A DNA stretch of 64,000 nucleotides, taken from an uncultured Candidatus Saccharibacteria bacterium. GTDB taxonomy: Bacteria; Patescibacteriota; Minisyncoccia; Phycocordibacterales; UBA9973. The DNA is taken from NCBI GenBank assembly GCA_964398205.1, contig CAYNLU010000001.1, positions 417 to 64,416 of the forward strand, read 5' to 3'. Positions 47,076-56,573 of the stretch are shown one piece after another; position 1 is the stretch's first letter; the number at the start of each line of letters is the position of its first letter. A program made the translations under genes and the position numbers. The notes under the pieces were generated by a model. It saw only the letters and a list, made by a program, of their open reading frames with translations, had not been told where the DNA came from and did not search any database.

Positions 47076-48014
47076 ATGAATAAACATCCTGACTTATCAT
47101 ATATTGAACTCTTAGAGCATTTACTCGCGAATGGAAATATTAAAACTGATAGAACTGGGACTGGAACTCGGAGCGTGCTCGGTTATCAAATGCGTTTTGA
47201 TTTGAGCGAAGGCTTCCCTCTCTTAACTACTAAAAAAGTTCCTATCAAAGCGATAATTCACGAATTACTTTGGTTCTTGCGTGGAGATACAAATTTGAAA
47301 TATCTTGCCGACAATAACGTTCATATTTGGGATGAATGGCCTTATAAGGCATATTTGATTAAGAATAATATCGAAGTCCCGAAAACTGGTAGCGAAGAAT
47401 GGAATACTGGGATTAAAGAATTTGTCGAACGTATTAAAACTGACGAAGCTTTCGCGAAAGAATACGGAGAACTCGGACCTATTTATGGATATCAATGGAG
47501 AGCTTGGCCTACTCCAAGCGGAGGGCATATCGACCAAATTAAAAACGTCATAGAGCAAATCAAAAAATCCCCTGACTCTCGACGGATGATAGTATCAGCT
47601 TGGAACGTAGCGGATATAGACGAGATGGCGAAAGCTGGACTTCCTCCTTGTCATTGTCTTTTTCAATTCTACGTCGCAGATGGCAAGCTTTCTTGTCAGC
47701 TTTATCAAAGATCTTGTGATACTTTTCTAGGAGTACCTTTTAATATAGCTTCATACGCATTACTCGTTATGATAATCGCGCAAATCTGTGATCTTGAAGT
47801 TGGTGAATTTGTTTGGACTGGTGGCGACGTGCATCTATATAGTAATCACGAAGAGCAAGCTCGTCTTCAAATCTCTCGCAAAAACGATATCCGCCCACTT
47901 CCAAAAATGAAAATCAATAAAGATAAAAAAAATATTGAGGACTTCGCAATAGAAGATTTTGAATTAACAGATTATAATCCACACGATGCTATCAAAGCAC
48001 CGATAGCAGTTTAA
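47076..48014 (+). CDS. thyA: thymidylate synthase (long, eukaryote-like form)
   Basis: Active-site [12 protein letters not shown] region, 312 aa. Confidence 0.95.
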   Translation: MNKHPDLSYIELLEHLLANGNIKTDRTGTGTRSVLGYQMRFDLSEGFPLLTTKKVPIKAIIHELLWFLRGDTNLKYLADNNVHIWDEWPYKAYLIKNNIEVPKTGSEEWNTGIKEFVERIKTDEAFAKEYGELGPIYGYQWRAWPTPSGGHIDQIKNVIEQIKKSPDSRRMIVSAWNVADIDEMAKAGLPPCHCLFQFYVADGKLSCQLYQRSCDTFLGVPFNIASYALLVMIIAQICDLEVGEFVWTGGDVHLYSNHEEQARLQISRKNDIRPLPKMKINKDKKNIEDFAIEDFELTDYNPHDAIKAPIAV

Positions 48015-48043
48015 CCCCTTAATCCCCTTATCAGGGGAAATTT

Positions 48044-48538
48044 ATGAAATTATCTATAATAGTAGCAATTGGAGAGAATAATGAAATCGGGCAAAATAAT
48101 GCTCTTCTTTGGAATATGCCGGAAGATATGAAATACTTCCGAGAAATTACTCGTGGCCATACGGTGATAATGGGCCGGAAAACTTTTGAAAGTATTGGGC
48201 GACCTTTACCTAATAGGAGAAATATAATTATAACTAGAGATAAAAGTTTTCAAAGTGAAGGGATAGAAATAACTCATTCTTTAGAAGAAGCTATAGAGAA
48301 AGTAAAAGACGAGATTGAGCAAGAAGTTTTTATTATTGGCGGAGCGGAAATCTACAAGCAAGGCATAGATAAAGCAAATAAATTATATATAACTGAAATC
48401 AAAGCGACTTTCAAAGATGCCGATACTTTCTTCCCTACTATCGATAAAAATATTTGGGTAGAAATCAAAAGAGAAAATCATACGAAAGACGAATCTAATC
48501 CGTACGATTATACATTTGTAGTTTACGAGAGAAAATAA
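48044..48538 (+). CDS. folA: dihydrofolate reductase
   Basis: IVAIGENNEIGQNNALLW and MGRKTFESIG motifs. Confidence 0.9.
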   Translation: MKLSIIVAIGENNEIGQNNALLWNMPEDMKYFREITRGHTVIMGRKTFESIGRPLPNRRNIIITRDKSFQSEGIEITHSLEEAIEKVKDEIEQEVFIIGGAEIYKQGIDKANKLYITEIKATFKDADTFFPTIDKNIWVEIKRENHTKDESNPYDYTFVVYERK

Positions 48539-48868
48539 TTACGGATCGATATCAGTTTTAACTCGAATAAAAATATCTTTACCGTCTGGGGTTTTGCTTT
48601 TCATATATTGACGATTTTTATTAATTTCTATTTTCCTTACTAATTCTTTTTCTAGATCATAACCTAGCATTTCAGAAATACCCAAAAGGAATATCGCAAC
48701 GTCTGCAAATTCTTCAGCTACCCCCTCTTGATTCTTATTAAATTTCGAAAACGCTTCTGATAACTCTTCGTGAGCACGACAAAATTCTAAAGCAATATCA
48801 GTAGTATTAAATCCTTTTTCTGTTTTATTTCGCATTACTTCTTCTTGAAGTTTTTTTAGATCTACCAT
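48539..48868 (-). CDS. MazG-like nucleotide pyrophosphohydrolase (all-alpha NTP-PPase)
   Basis: EELSEAF...EEFADVAIFLL metal-binding EExxE/D motifs. Confidence 0.7.
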   Translation of the reverse strand: MVDLKKLQEEVMRNKTEKGFNTTDIALEFCRAHEELSEAFSKFNKNQEGVAEEFADVAIFLLGISEMLGYDLEKELVRKIEINKNRQYMKSKTPDGKDIFIRVKTDIDP

Positions 48869-48869
48869 A

Positions 48870-49370
48870 TTATTGATTCTTATATTTTTGCACTTCTTTA
48901 TTTATAATTTCTAATTTCACTTTAGCTTTTTTAAAAATTTCTTTACTTATCTTTCCTGCATGATAATCATTCTCTGCTACAACTCGTTCAATACCGACAT
49001 TAATAATACTTTGAGCGCATTTATAACAAGGCACCATTTTACAATACAAAGTAGAACCTAAGAGAGCGACTCCGCTCCGAGCTGCGTTATTAATCGCGTT
49101 TTGTTCCGCATGAGCAGTTCGAATACAATGCATAGATTTAGTTCCGTCTTCATGAACAACAGTATGCATTTGATGCCCAGCTTCATCACAGTGAGGAAGT
49201 CCTATAGGCGAACCAACATATCCAGTAGTAAGTATTCTTTTATCTTTAACTATAACTGTACCGGCTCTGCCCCGATCACAAGTCCCCCGAGTCCCAACTA
49301 GTTTAGCAAGTTCTAAAAAATATTCATCCCAAGAAGGTCTTTTATAATCACTTTTAGTAACTTTTTTCAT
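48870..49370 (-). CDS. dCMP (deoxycytidylate) deaminase
   Basis: HAEQNAI and PCYKCAQ zinc-binding motifs of the CMP/dCMP deaminase family. Confidence 0.85.
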   Translation of the reverse strand: MKKVTKSDYKRPSWDEYFLELAKLVGTRGTCDRGRAGTVIVKDKRILTTGYVGSPIGLPHCDEAGHQMHTVVHEDGTKSMHCIRTAHAEQNAINNAARSGVALLGSTLYCKMVPCYKCAQSIINVGIERVVAENDYHAGKISKEIFKKAKVKLEIINKEVQKYKNQ

Positions 49371-49414
49371 AATATAAATATACTATTTCCAAATAAAAAA
49401 AGCCAACAAAAGTA

Positions 49415-49444
49415 AAGAGCCTCGCGTACGCGAGGCTCTTTTAT
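49415..49444. terminator. bidirectional terminator (AGAGCCUCGCGUACGCGAGGCUCU)
   Basis: Perfect 11-bp stem, 3' of rplK and of the dCMP deaminase block. Confidence 0.7.
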
Positions 49445-49460
49445 CTTTAGTTTTAATTTA

Positions 49461-49886
49461 TTAGTCTTTAACTTCGATTCCCATACTGCGAGCAGAGCCG
49501 GCAATGATATTGATTAATCCTTCGTCGTCTTTCGCATTAAGATCAGCAGCTTTTTTCTTACCGATTTCTAAAGCTTGAGCGCGAGTGATTTTACCAACTT
49601 TACTTGTAGCATTCTTGCCTGAACCTTTAGGTATACCAGCAGCTTTAAGGATTAAACCTGTAGCTGGAGGAGTTTTAATCACGAAATCATAAGTACGATC
49701 TTCATAAACTGAAATCTTTACTCCAACCTTGTCTCCCATCATCTTTGAGGTAGCTGCGTTGAATTTAGTAACGAAATCTCCGATATTAATACCTGCTTGT
49801 CCAAGTGCCGGTCCAAGAGGTGGAGCAGGAGTAGCTTTACCTGCCTCTATTTCTAACTTTATCTTTTTGGTAATTTTCTTTGACAT
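49461..49886 (-). CDS. rplK: 50S ribosomal protein L11
   Basis: Canonical L11. It is followed by a terminator, not by rplA. Confidence 0.95.
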   Translation of the reverse strand: MSKKITKKIKLEIEAGKATPAPPLGPALGQAGINIGDFVTKFNAATSKMMGDKVGVKISVYEDRTYDFVIKTPPATGLILKAAGIPKGSGKNATSKVGKITRAQALEIGKKKAADLNAKDDEGLINIIAGSARSMGIEVKD

Positions 49887-49917
49887 ATATTTATCTAATT
49901 AATTTACTTAATATATA

Positions 49918-50463
49918 CTATATTTTCTTAACTTGCAAGAAGTCTAATTCGACCGGGGTTTCACGACCGAACATAGAGACTAATACTTTTACCTTACCTC
50001 TATCTTCTTCTACTTGACTCACCTTGCCTTCTAAATCTTTAAACGGTCCGTCTGTAATCAATACCATTTCATCTATAGCGAGGTCTATCTTATGCTTTAC
50101 TTGACCTCCATCCATCTTCTTGAACAAGAAATCAACTTCATCTGGACGTAAAGGAACTGGATTTACTCCTGCTCCTACGAAACCTGTAACCCGAGGAGTA
50201 TTTCGTACTACGTACCAAGAATCATCCGTCACAATCATATCTACTAATACATATCCTGGATAAACTTTCTCTTCTGTTTCTACCCGTTTACCAGCTTTAA
50301 TCTTAATCTTTTTCTCGGTAGGTACTATAACATTAAAAATCTTATCGTTCATACCTAGAGAGTCGATACGTTGTTTTAAATTACGCAAAACAACATTCTC
50401 ATACCCTGCATAAGTATGAATCGCATACCAATTTCTTTTACCTGCTACTTCTTGTTTTGACAT
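49918..50463 (-). CDS. nusG: transcription antitermination factor NusG
   Basis: NGN domain (WYAIHTYAGYE) plus KOW, 181 aa. Confidence 0.9.
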   Translation of the reverse strand: MSKQEVAGKRNWYAIHTYAGYENVVLRNLKQRIDSLGMNDKIFNVIVPTEKKIKIKAGKRVETEEKVYPGYVLVDMIVTDDSWYVVRNTPRVTGFVGAGVNPVPLRPDEVDFLFKKMDGGQVKHKIDLAIDEMVLITDGPFKDLEGKVSQVEEDRGKVKVLVSMFGRETPVELDFLQVKKI

Positions 50464-50494
50464 ATAAATTATGTTTAAAGTTAAAAGTGATAAA

Positions 50495-50680
50495 TTAAAA
50501 ACCTAAAAGCTTTTCTAAACCTTTAGAAAAACCAAAATCAAATAAACCTAATAAATAAGCAACAAGTACAGAAAGAATAATCACTACTAAAGTATAGCTA
50601 ATAGTTTGGCTTCTTGAAGGCCAAGTCATATGCTTTAATTCAGTTTTAGTTTCATTTAAAAATGTAGTAATTTTTGACAT
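50495..50680 (-). CDS. secE: preprotein translocase subunit SecE
   Basis: 61 aa with a single TM helix, upstream of nusG. Confidence 0.8.
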   Translation of the reverse strand: MSKITTFLNETKTELKHMTWPSRSQTISYTLVVIILSVLVAYLLGLFDFGFSKGLEKLLGF

Positions 50681-50769
50681 AGATTTATTTTATTCCTTAT
50701 AAAAAAGCCCTTTTGGGGCTCTTTTAATATTACTCTTTTTTAGACTAAAAGTCAATGATAATAAATTAT

Positions 50770-53067
50770 TTATTGATTTAAAAGTTTAATAGTATTAAAT
50801 CCTAGGATTCCATCTACCTTGAGATTATTAGCTTTTTGGAATTTCTTCAAAGCAAGCTCGGTATTATATCCAAAGAAAGTTATTTCTTTAGAATTTTCTG
50901 TGCCTTTTACTTTATAGCCTTTTTCATTCAATTTCTTTTGTAAACATTTTACTTCTTGATTGTCGATCCCCTTCATTAGATTTTTAGATAAAGTACAAGA
51001 ATTTGATGTTAAAGTAGTTTCTGCCCCTAAAACCTTACTAGGTCCACTATGAGTACCACCTACACATTTATAACTAAAATGATTGCTATAAAAAGTTTCG
51101 CTAGCGCCAGTAGAAAGATTTATCCAATTAGGAATATATTCTTCTTTGTAATATTCGAGTGAAGTAGTAGCTGGATACCATTTTTTACAGAAGTTTAGTA
51201 TTTCATTTGTATGAACATAACCACTATTTAAATCAGTTACCCAAAAACCTTTATCATTCAAATATTGAGAAAGTTTAGTCCCCCAAATACTTACTCGAGG
51301 AGTTAAATCTAAAGAAGCAGTATTAGCAACCGGAGGATTAATTACTGTAATATTGCAAGATTGACCAGTAGTCATACTATAACCATTATTAGAAGCACAT
51401 CCAGGTAGATAATTAGGATTTTGAGTTGCATTAATAGTTATTGATTTTTCTACTAGTAAAGGACCTCCTTGATTTTTACAGGTTAAGGTATAAGTTTTTG
51501 ATCCCAAGAAATCTATATTGATAGTTAAGTTATCTTCTTCATCTTTACTACCAGTCCATGCACCCGAAGCTTCACAGAGTGATACCCCAGTAGCTTTCCA
51601 AGATAAATTAGTTTGACCTCCAAAATACAAATTAGTTGGATTTGCGGTAAATGCTAAACTCGCAGTTGGAGGTATAGGGTAACAATTTGGATAAGTACCA
51701 GTCGTACCGGTAGGACAAACTGTTTTTATACAATTTGGATAAGTGCCTGTATAACCTGAAGGACAAAATACTGGATCAACTATATAAACCCCAACTTGAA
51801 CACTATTAGCTGCAATTCCCCCAATTCCGGTACAAGTTAACGTGAAAGTTGTAGTTGTATTTAAATTATAAATAATTTCAGAACCACTTGTAGGTTTTGT
51901 TCCAGACCATCCACCCCCTGCAACACAAGAAGTAGCATTAGTAGAATTCCAAGTTAAAGTAACAGCTTGACCTGACTCTACACTATTTGTAGATGCATTA
52001 ATATTTACAGTAATTATTCCTGGTTTTTTAACTTCAACTGTTCTTGAAATAACTTTACTTATTCCTACAGATTCTCCAGTACAAGTTAATGTAAACTTCG
52101 TTGGAGTTGTAATATTTGAAATTACTTCGCTACCTGAGAGAGGTTTAGCTCCAGTCCAACCATCGCTTGCAGTACACTCTTTTGCATTTTTTGTACTCCA
52201 AGTTAGAGTTGTACTACCCCCATAATCAATTCCAAGAGGATTTATATTGAAAGTTATAATAGGTATAATTGGATTTGCGACTGATACTGTTTTAGAAGCA
52301 AAAGCAGAACCTTGAGTATTGTTACAAGTTATACTAAATATAGTAGGAAGTATTAAATTTGAAACTACTTCGCTACCTGAGAGAGGTTTATTACCTGACC
52401 ATCCTCCGCTAGCAATACAAGAATCTGCATTAGTAGAAGTCCAAGTTAAAGTTGTACTACCTCCGTAACTAACTCCAATAGGGTCTAGAGAGAAATTAAC
52501 ACTTGGTTTAGGTATAAATACAGGTAAACAGTTTGGCCAAGTTCCAGTCATTCCTTCTGGGCAAGATTTAACACAACTACCCCCAGTATCTACACCAGTC
52601 TCATCTCCGTTTAAAATACCATCAAAACAACTTTCAGTTATAGTTGTACAATTTCCACCTTGATCAATTCCAGTTTCTCCCCAATCTTGAATACCGTTAA
52701 AACAATTTTCATTTGAAGTTTCTGCACAACTCAAATCTTTAATTTTTTCTTTAGTCAAAGAACCTACGAAACCTAAAGCTGGTTTTATATTATTAGCTTT
52801 TTGAAAATTAAGCACAGCTTTCAAAGTAGAAGTTCCAAAATATCCACTAGGATTAACACTTAAATAACCTTGAGATTTTAGATATTTTTGCAAAATTGTA
52901 ACTTCACCTTTTTTATTAATATCTCTATCTCCGAATTTAAGATTATTTTGTAAATCTATACATTCCGAAGTACTACCGCTCCCAGTCTGAGCTTTCGCAA
53001 GATTAGGTGCTAATACAAAACTAAACAAAAGGATAAAAACTAACGAGATTTTTAAATATTTTTTCAT
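50770..53067 (-). CDS. secreted surface protein with N- and C-terminal peptidoglycan-binding-like domains, a Cys-rich module and four tandem Ig-like repeats
   Basis: Signal peptide. PG_binding-like segments (YLKSQGY...GYFGTSTLKAVLNFQKANNI and KFQKANNLKVDGILGFNTI). Repeated 70-aa units (...GGSTTLTW.T.NA..C.ASGGWSG.KP.SGSE...). Confidence 0.6.
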   Translation of the reverse strand: MKKYLKISLVFILLFSFVLAPNLAKAQTGSGSTSECIDLQNNLKFGDRDINKKGEVTILQKYLKSQGYLSVNPSGYFGTSTLKAVLNFQKANNIKPALGFVGSLTKEKIKDLSCAETSNENCFNGIQDWGETGIDQGGNCTTITESCFDGILNGDETGVDTGGSCVKSCPEGMTGTWPNCLPVFIPKPSVNFSLDPIGVSYGGSTTLTWTSTNADSCIASGGWSGNKPLSGSEVVSNLILPTIFSITCNNTQGSAFASKTVSVANPIIPIITFNINPLGIDYGGSTTLTWSTKNAKECTASDGWTGAKPLSGSEVISNITTPTKFTLTCTGESVGISKVISRTVEVKKPGIITVNINASTNSVESGQAVTLTWNSTNATSCVAGGGWSGTKPTSGSEIIYNLNTTTTFTLTCTGIGGIAANSVQVGVYIVDPVFCPSGYTGTYPNCIKTVCPTGTTGTYPNCYPIPPTASLAFTANPTNLYFGGQTNLSWKATGVSLCEASGAWTGSKDEEDNLTINIDFLGSKTYTLTCKNQGGPLLVEKSITINATQNPNYLPGCASNNGYSMTTGQSCNITVINPPVANTASLDLTPRVSIWGTKLSQYLNDKGFWVTDLNSGYVHTNEILNFCKKWYPATTSLEYYKEEYIPNWINLSTGASETFYSNHFSYKCVGGTHSGPSKVLGAETTLTSNSCTLSKNLMKGIDNQEVKCLQKKLNEKGYKVKGTENSKEITFFGYNTELALKKFQKANNLKVDGILGFNTIKLLNQ
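51450..52500 (-). repeat. intragenic tandem repeats (about four 210-230 bp units) encoding Ig-like modules of the surface protein
   Basis: Repeated protein motif LTW(T/S)STNA..C.A.GGW(S/T)G.KP.SGSE. Coordinates are approximate. Confidence 0.5.
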
Positions 53068-53114
53068 AACTTGTAAATTATTTTTAATAATTAAATTATA
53101 CTAGTTTACAAAGA

Positions 53115-53147
53115 AAAAAGACAATCGTTTTTGCGATTGTCTTTTTT
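53115..53147 (-). terminator. intrinsic terminator 3' of the SIMPL gene (AGACAAUCG-UUUUUG-CGAUUGUCU)
   Basis: Perfect 9-bp stem with flanking A and U tracts. Confidence 0.65.
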
Positions 53148-53160
53148 AAAAATCTAAAAT

Positions 53161-53961
53161 TTATTTGATTTTATAAGTAATACTAACCTCAGAAGTAATT
53201 GTATTTTCTCCTTTTGGTAAAGAAAGATTTGCTCCGGCATCCGCACTCTCTAAGCTTGCTTTTGCATAGTAGATAGGAGTTCCATAACTAGGAGTTTCAC
53301 TAAAACTAGTAATACGTCCTAAACGAACACCTAAATCTTTAGCTAAAACTTTTGCTTTTGCTCGAGCGTCTTCGATAGCTTCTTTGCGAGCTTGGGCTTT
53401 AAGGTTATCTTCGTCATCAATCTTAAAATTAGGACCTGAGAGATCAGTAATTCCTAAAGTTCCTAAATCAGTAATAACCTTACCAGCATTATCAGTATCA
53501 CGAACTTTAACTTCAATACTTAGAGTTGCAGTATATCCTACTATAACGCTTTTAGTATTTACCGGAGGATAGATAGCGATTTCTGGAGCGTATTTACTAG
53601 AAGTAGTTTGATATTCATACTTTGGATAGAAAGAAGAATTTATAGTCTTGATGTCTTTTTCTTCTATTTTATTTTCTTTCAAATTCTCTAGAGCTTTCGC
53701 TTCTATTTCGGCTACTAATGCTTGCGCTTCTTTCACAGTTTTTCCATCTTTAGTAATAGAGAAATTTACAGTTGCAATATCTGGAACTGCATTTATTTCT
53801 GATTTACCAGTAACTGTAATAGTACTTGGATTTGTAGAATCACCTTTGTATCCTTTACCTTCGTTATCAAAAGCATTTACTAAAACCAAAGCACACACAA
53901 AAATAACTAAAACTTTAAAAACGAAAACTTTATTTTCTTTAAATAATTCTTTGATATTCAT
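53161..53961 (-). CDS. SIMPL-domain (DUF541, YggE-like) secreted protein
   Basis: Signal anchor plus the characteristic periplasmic immunogenic-protein-like layout, 266 aa. Confidence 0.65.
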   Translation of the reverse strand: MNIKELFKENKVFVFKVLVIFVCALVLVNAFDNEGKGYKGDSTNPSTITVTGKSEINAVPDIATVNFSITKDGKTVKEAQALVAEIEAKALENLKENKIEEKDIKTINSSFYPKYEYQTTSSKYAPEIAIYPPVNTKSVIVGYTATLSIEVKVRDTDNAGKVITDLGTLGITDLSGPNFKIDDEDNLKAQARKEAIEDARAKAKVLAKDLGVRLGRITSFSETPSYGTPIYYAKASLESADAGANLSLPKGENTITSEVSITYKIK

Positions 53962-53962
53962 A

Positions 53963-54364
53963 CTATTGTTGTGGATTGATTGCTAAAACTTCAACTTCGA
54001 AAATTAAAGTAGAATTTGCAGGGATAGGACCAACTGCATTTTCTCCGTAACCTTTTTCAGGAGGAACTGTTAAAGTTTTCTTCTCACCAACTTTCATACC
54101 TACAATACCTTCATCCCAACCAGGAATAACTTGACCAATACCTAAAGGAAATACAAAAGGTTCTACGTGACCAAAAGAAGGATCAACATTAGAGTCAAAA
54201 ACAGTTCCGTCTTCAAGACGACCTGTATAATTTACAGATACTACGTCCCCTGCTTTTGCTACTTTAGAAGATGAAGGAGAACCACCTTTATTTAAAGTTA
54301 AATAAGCGAGTACTCCTAAAACTACTAAAACTACAACAATACCGATTGCTAAACTTTTATTCAT
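53963..54364 (-). CDS. FKBP-type peptidyl-prolyl cis-trans isomerase (membrane-anchored)
   Basis: GDVVSVNYTGRLEDGTVFDSN, GVGQVIPGWDEG-like and LIFEVELL motifs. Confidence 0.9.
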   Translation of the reverse strand: MNKSLAIGIVVVLVVLGVLAYLTLNKGGSPSSSKVAKAGDVVSVNYTGRLEDGTVFDSNVDPSFGHVEPFVFPLGIGQVIPGWDEGIVGMKVGEKKTLTVPPEKGYGENAVGPIPANSTLIFEVEVLAINPQQ

Positions 54365-54430
54365 AATTTTAATTAAAAAGTTAAACTACTAATACTATAA
54401 TTATACAAAAAATGAAAAGAAAATACAAAA

Positions 54431-55444
54431 CTAGAGAATATTAACTTCGGGTTCGATTTTAATACCGAACTTTTTATCTACTTCCGCCATTATATGGTAA
54501 GCTAAATCTCTAATTTCTTCTCCTTTACCACCTCCGTGATGAACTAAAATCAAAGATTGCTTATCGTGAACTCCAATATTTCCGAAAACTTTACCTTTAA
54601 AACCGCAAGTTTCGATAAGCCAAGCAGTGGGGATTTTAATTAGCTCATCTTCTAAGAAATACGGGATTTCAGGATAAGACTTTTGCAATTCTGCTAACTT
54701 TTCTTTATTAACATAAGAATTTTTAAAAAAACTTCCGGCATTCCCTAAAACTTTCGGATCAGGTAATTTGCTTTTACGGATACTTGAAACTATAGCACTA
54801 ATATCTTTAGAATTTTTGATTACTAATTTATTTTCTTCTATATAATTTTTAAGAATTCTATATTCTGTATTTGGATTTTGATTTTTAGATAATTTAAAAA
54901 TTACCGAAACAATAAAATATTTTCCTTTATATTTATTTTTAAAAACACTATCGCGATAACCAAACTCACATTCATCTTTACTAAAGTCACGGAAACTTGC
55001 ATTTTCAATATCTAACGCCGTCAAAGAATAAAAAACGTCTTTTAACTCACTACCATAAGCCCCTATATTTTGTACCGGACTTGCCCCGACAGTACCCGGT
55101 ATTAAAGCTAAGTTTTCAAGACCCCAATACCCTTTATCGGTAGAAAAAACTACTAAATCATCCCAAAGCTCACCTCCCAAAGCTTTAATATAAACTTCAT
55201 TTTCATCTTCTTTTAAGATTTCAATTCCTTTTAGTTTATTTAAAATTACTAAACCTTCATAATCTTTAGTAAATAAAATATTACTTCCTCCTCCTAAAAA
55301 CAAACGTGAGTTTTCAGCAAATACTTTTTCTTTTAATAAGTTTAGTAAATCACTTTCATTTTCAAGCTCCACAAAATACCTGGCATTAGTTTTCAGGCCG
55401 AATGTGTTGAATTTAGTTATATCTACATTTTCTCTAATTTGCAT
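54431..55444 (-). CDS. murB: UDP-N-acetylenolpyruvoylglucosamine reductase
   Basis: FAD-binding RLFLGGGSNILF motif plus the C-terminal MurB domain. Confidence 0.85.
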   Translation of the reverse strand: MQIRENVDITKFNTFGLKTNARYFVELENESDLLNLLKEKVFAENSRLFLGGGSNILFTKDYEGLVILNKLKGIEILKEDENEVYIKALGGELWDDLVVFSTDKGYWGLENLALIPGTVGASPVQNIGAYGSELKDVFYSLTALDIENASFRDFSKDECEFGYRDSVFKNKYKGKYFIVSVIFKLSKNQNPNTEYRILKNYIEENKLVIKNSKDISAIVSSIRKSKLPDPKVLGNAGSFFKNSYVNKEKLAELQKSYPEIPYFLEDELIKIPTAWLIETCGFKGKVFGNIGVHDKQSLILVHHGGGKGEEIRDLAYHIMAEVDKKFGIKIEPEVNIL

Positions 55445-55446
55445 TT

Positions 55447-55977
55447 TTACATTATTTCTTTCTCTAAGGTTTTTTGGATTTCTTCTTCGGTGACTGGGTG
55501 TATCATCTTTTGAAATTCTTTATCCTGACTTATATCTATACCGTTTTTCTCTAAAAGTAGCGAAGTCATCTTCATAAGTTTAGTGATTTCTCTTTCTGCA
55601 ATAAAATTTAGTTGCAAATGAATTTCTTCGCGGAGGTCGTCTATCTTACTGCTACGATTTTGAGCTATCAAAACAAAGATAGATAGAAATATCGCTTCTA
55701 GAGATACAATAGTAGTTAAAAGCATAAAAGGAAAAGGATCAAAAGCTTCTAACCCTTTTATCATATTCGTATTCACAATAATCCAAAATATAAAAACTAA
55801 AGCATTAAAAGTCAAAAATACATTACTTCCAAAAAAAGAAGACATATTATCAGCAACCTTCTCAGTTAAAGTTCTTTTAGAATCGAACTTAGCTTTAATA
55901 CTGTGGAACATTCTACGTCTTTCTTTTTGATGATGCTCTGAGAAAACTCTAAATATATTTTTATGATTATTATTCAT
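55447..55977 (-). CDS. DUF1003 family membrane protein
   Basis: Two TM helices with the FDPFPFMLLTTIVSLEAIFLS segment typical of DUF1003. Confidence 0.6.
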   Translation of the reverse strand: MNNNHKNIFRVFSEHHQKERRRMFHSIKAKFDSKRTLTEKVADNMSSFFGSNVFLTFNALVFIFWIIVNTNMIKGLEAFDPFPFMLLTTIVSLEAIFLSIFVLIAQNRSSKIDDLREEIHLQLNFIAEREITKLMKMTSLLLEKNGIDISQDKEFQKMIHPVTEEEIQKTLEKEIM

Positions 55978-56012
55978 AGCTATATTATAATTTATATAAA
56001 GTTAAAAAGAAA

Positions 56013-56573
56013 CTAGTCACGAATTATACTAATATTCCCGTCTTTATCAAATTTGATTATTTTAGAAGGCTCACCCGCAATCTCGCCTCCATCTAGATAT
56101 AAGTCTACCCTATCACCAAAATACTCTTTCGCTTCTTTGATATTAGAAGCGGGCTTGAGTCCTGCAATATTCGCCGAAGGGGCTATCAAAGGTCCGGTTA
56201 ATCTAAGCAAATTTCTTAAATTCTCATTTTTAGGGATTCGAAAAGCTAGGCTTTTAGTACCTCTATCTAAATAAATTAAATCTTGATTTTCGCAATTTAA
56301 AATAAAAGTTAAAGCGCGAAATTTTTCATTTTCGACAAACTCTCTCTCGGTATCAGTAATAGCTAAATTAAATTTCTCTAAATCTGAAAAATCACTAATT
56401 AAAATAATACAAGGCTTTTCTTTCTCTCTTTGACGGATTTCATATATTCTCTCTACAGTCTCGGGTAAAAATGCATTCCCCAAAATCCCGTAAATCGTAT
56501 CCGTCGGCATCACCACTACCCCACCGTTTTTGAGAGTATCTATTAAATTAGAATTATCAAAAATATTTTGCAT
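56013..56573 (-). CDS. tsaC: L-threonylcarbamoyladenylate synthase (YrdC/TsaC family)
   Basis: GGVVVMPTDTIYGILGNAF and the SANIAG region. Confidence 0.8.
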   Translation of the reverse strand: MQNIFDNSNLIDTLKNGGVVVMPTDTIYGILGNAFLPETVERIYEIRQREKEKPCIILISDFSDLEKFNLAITDTEREFVENEKFRALTFILNCENQDLIYLDRGTKSLAFRIPKNENLRNLLRLTGPLIAPSANIAGLKPASNIKEAKEYFGDRVDLYLDGGEIAGEPSKIIKFDKDGNISIIRD

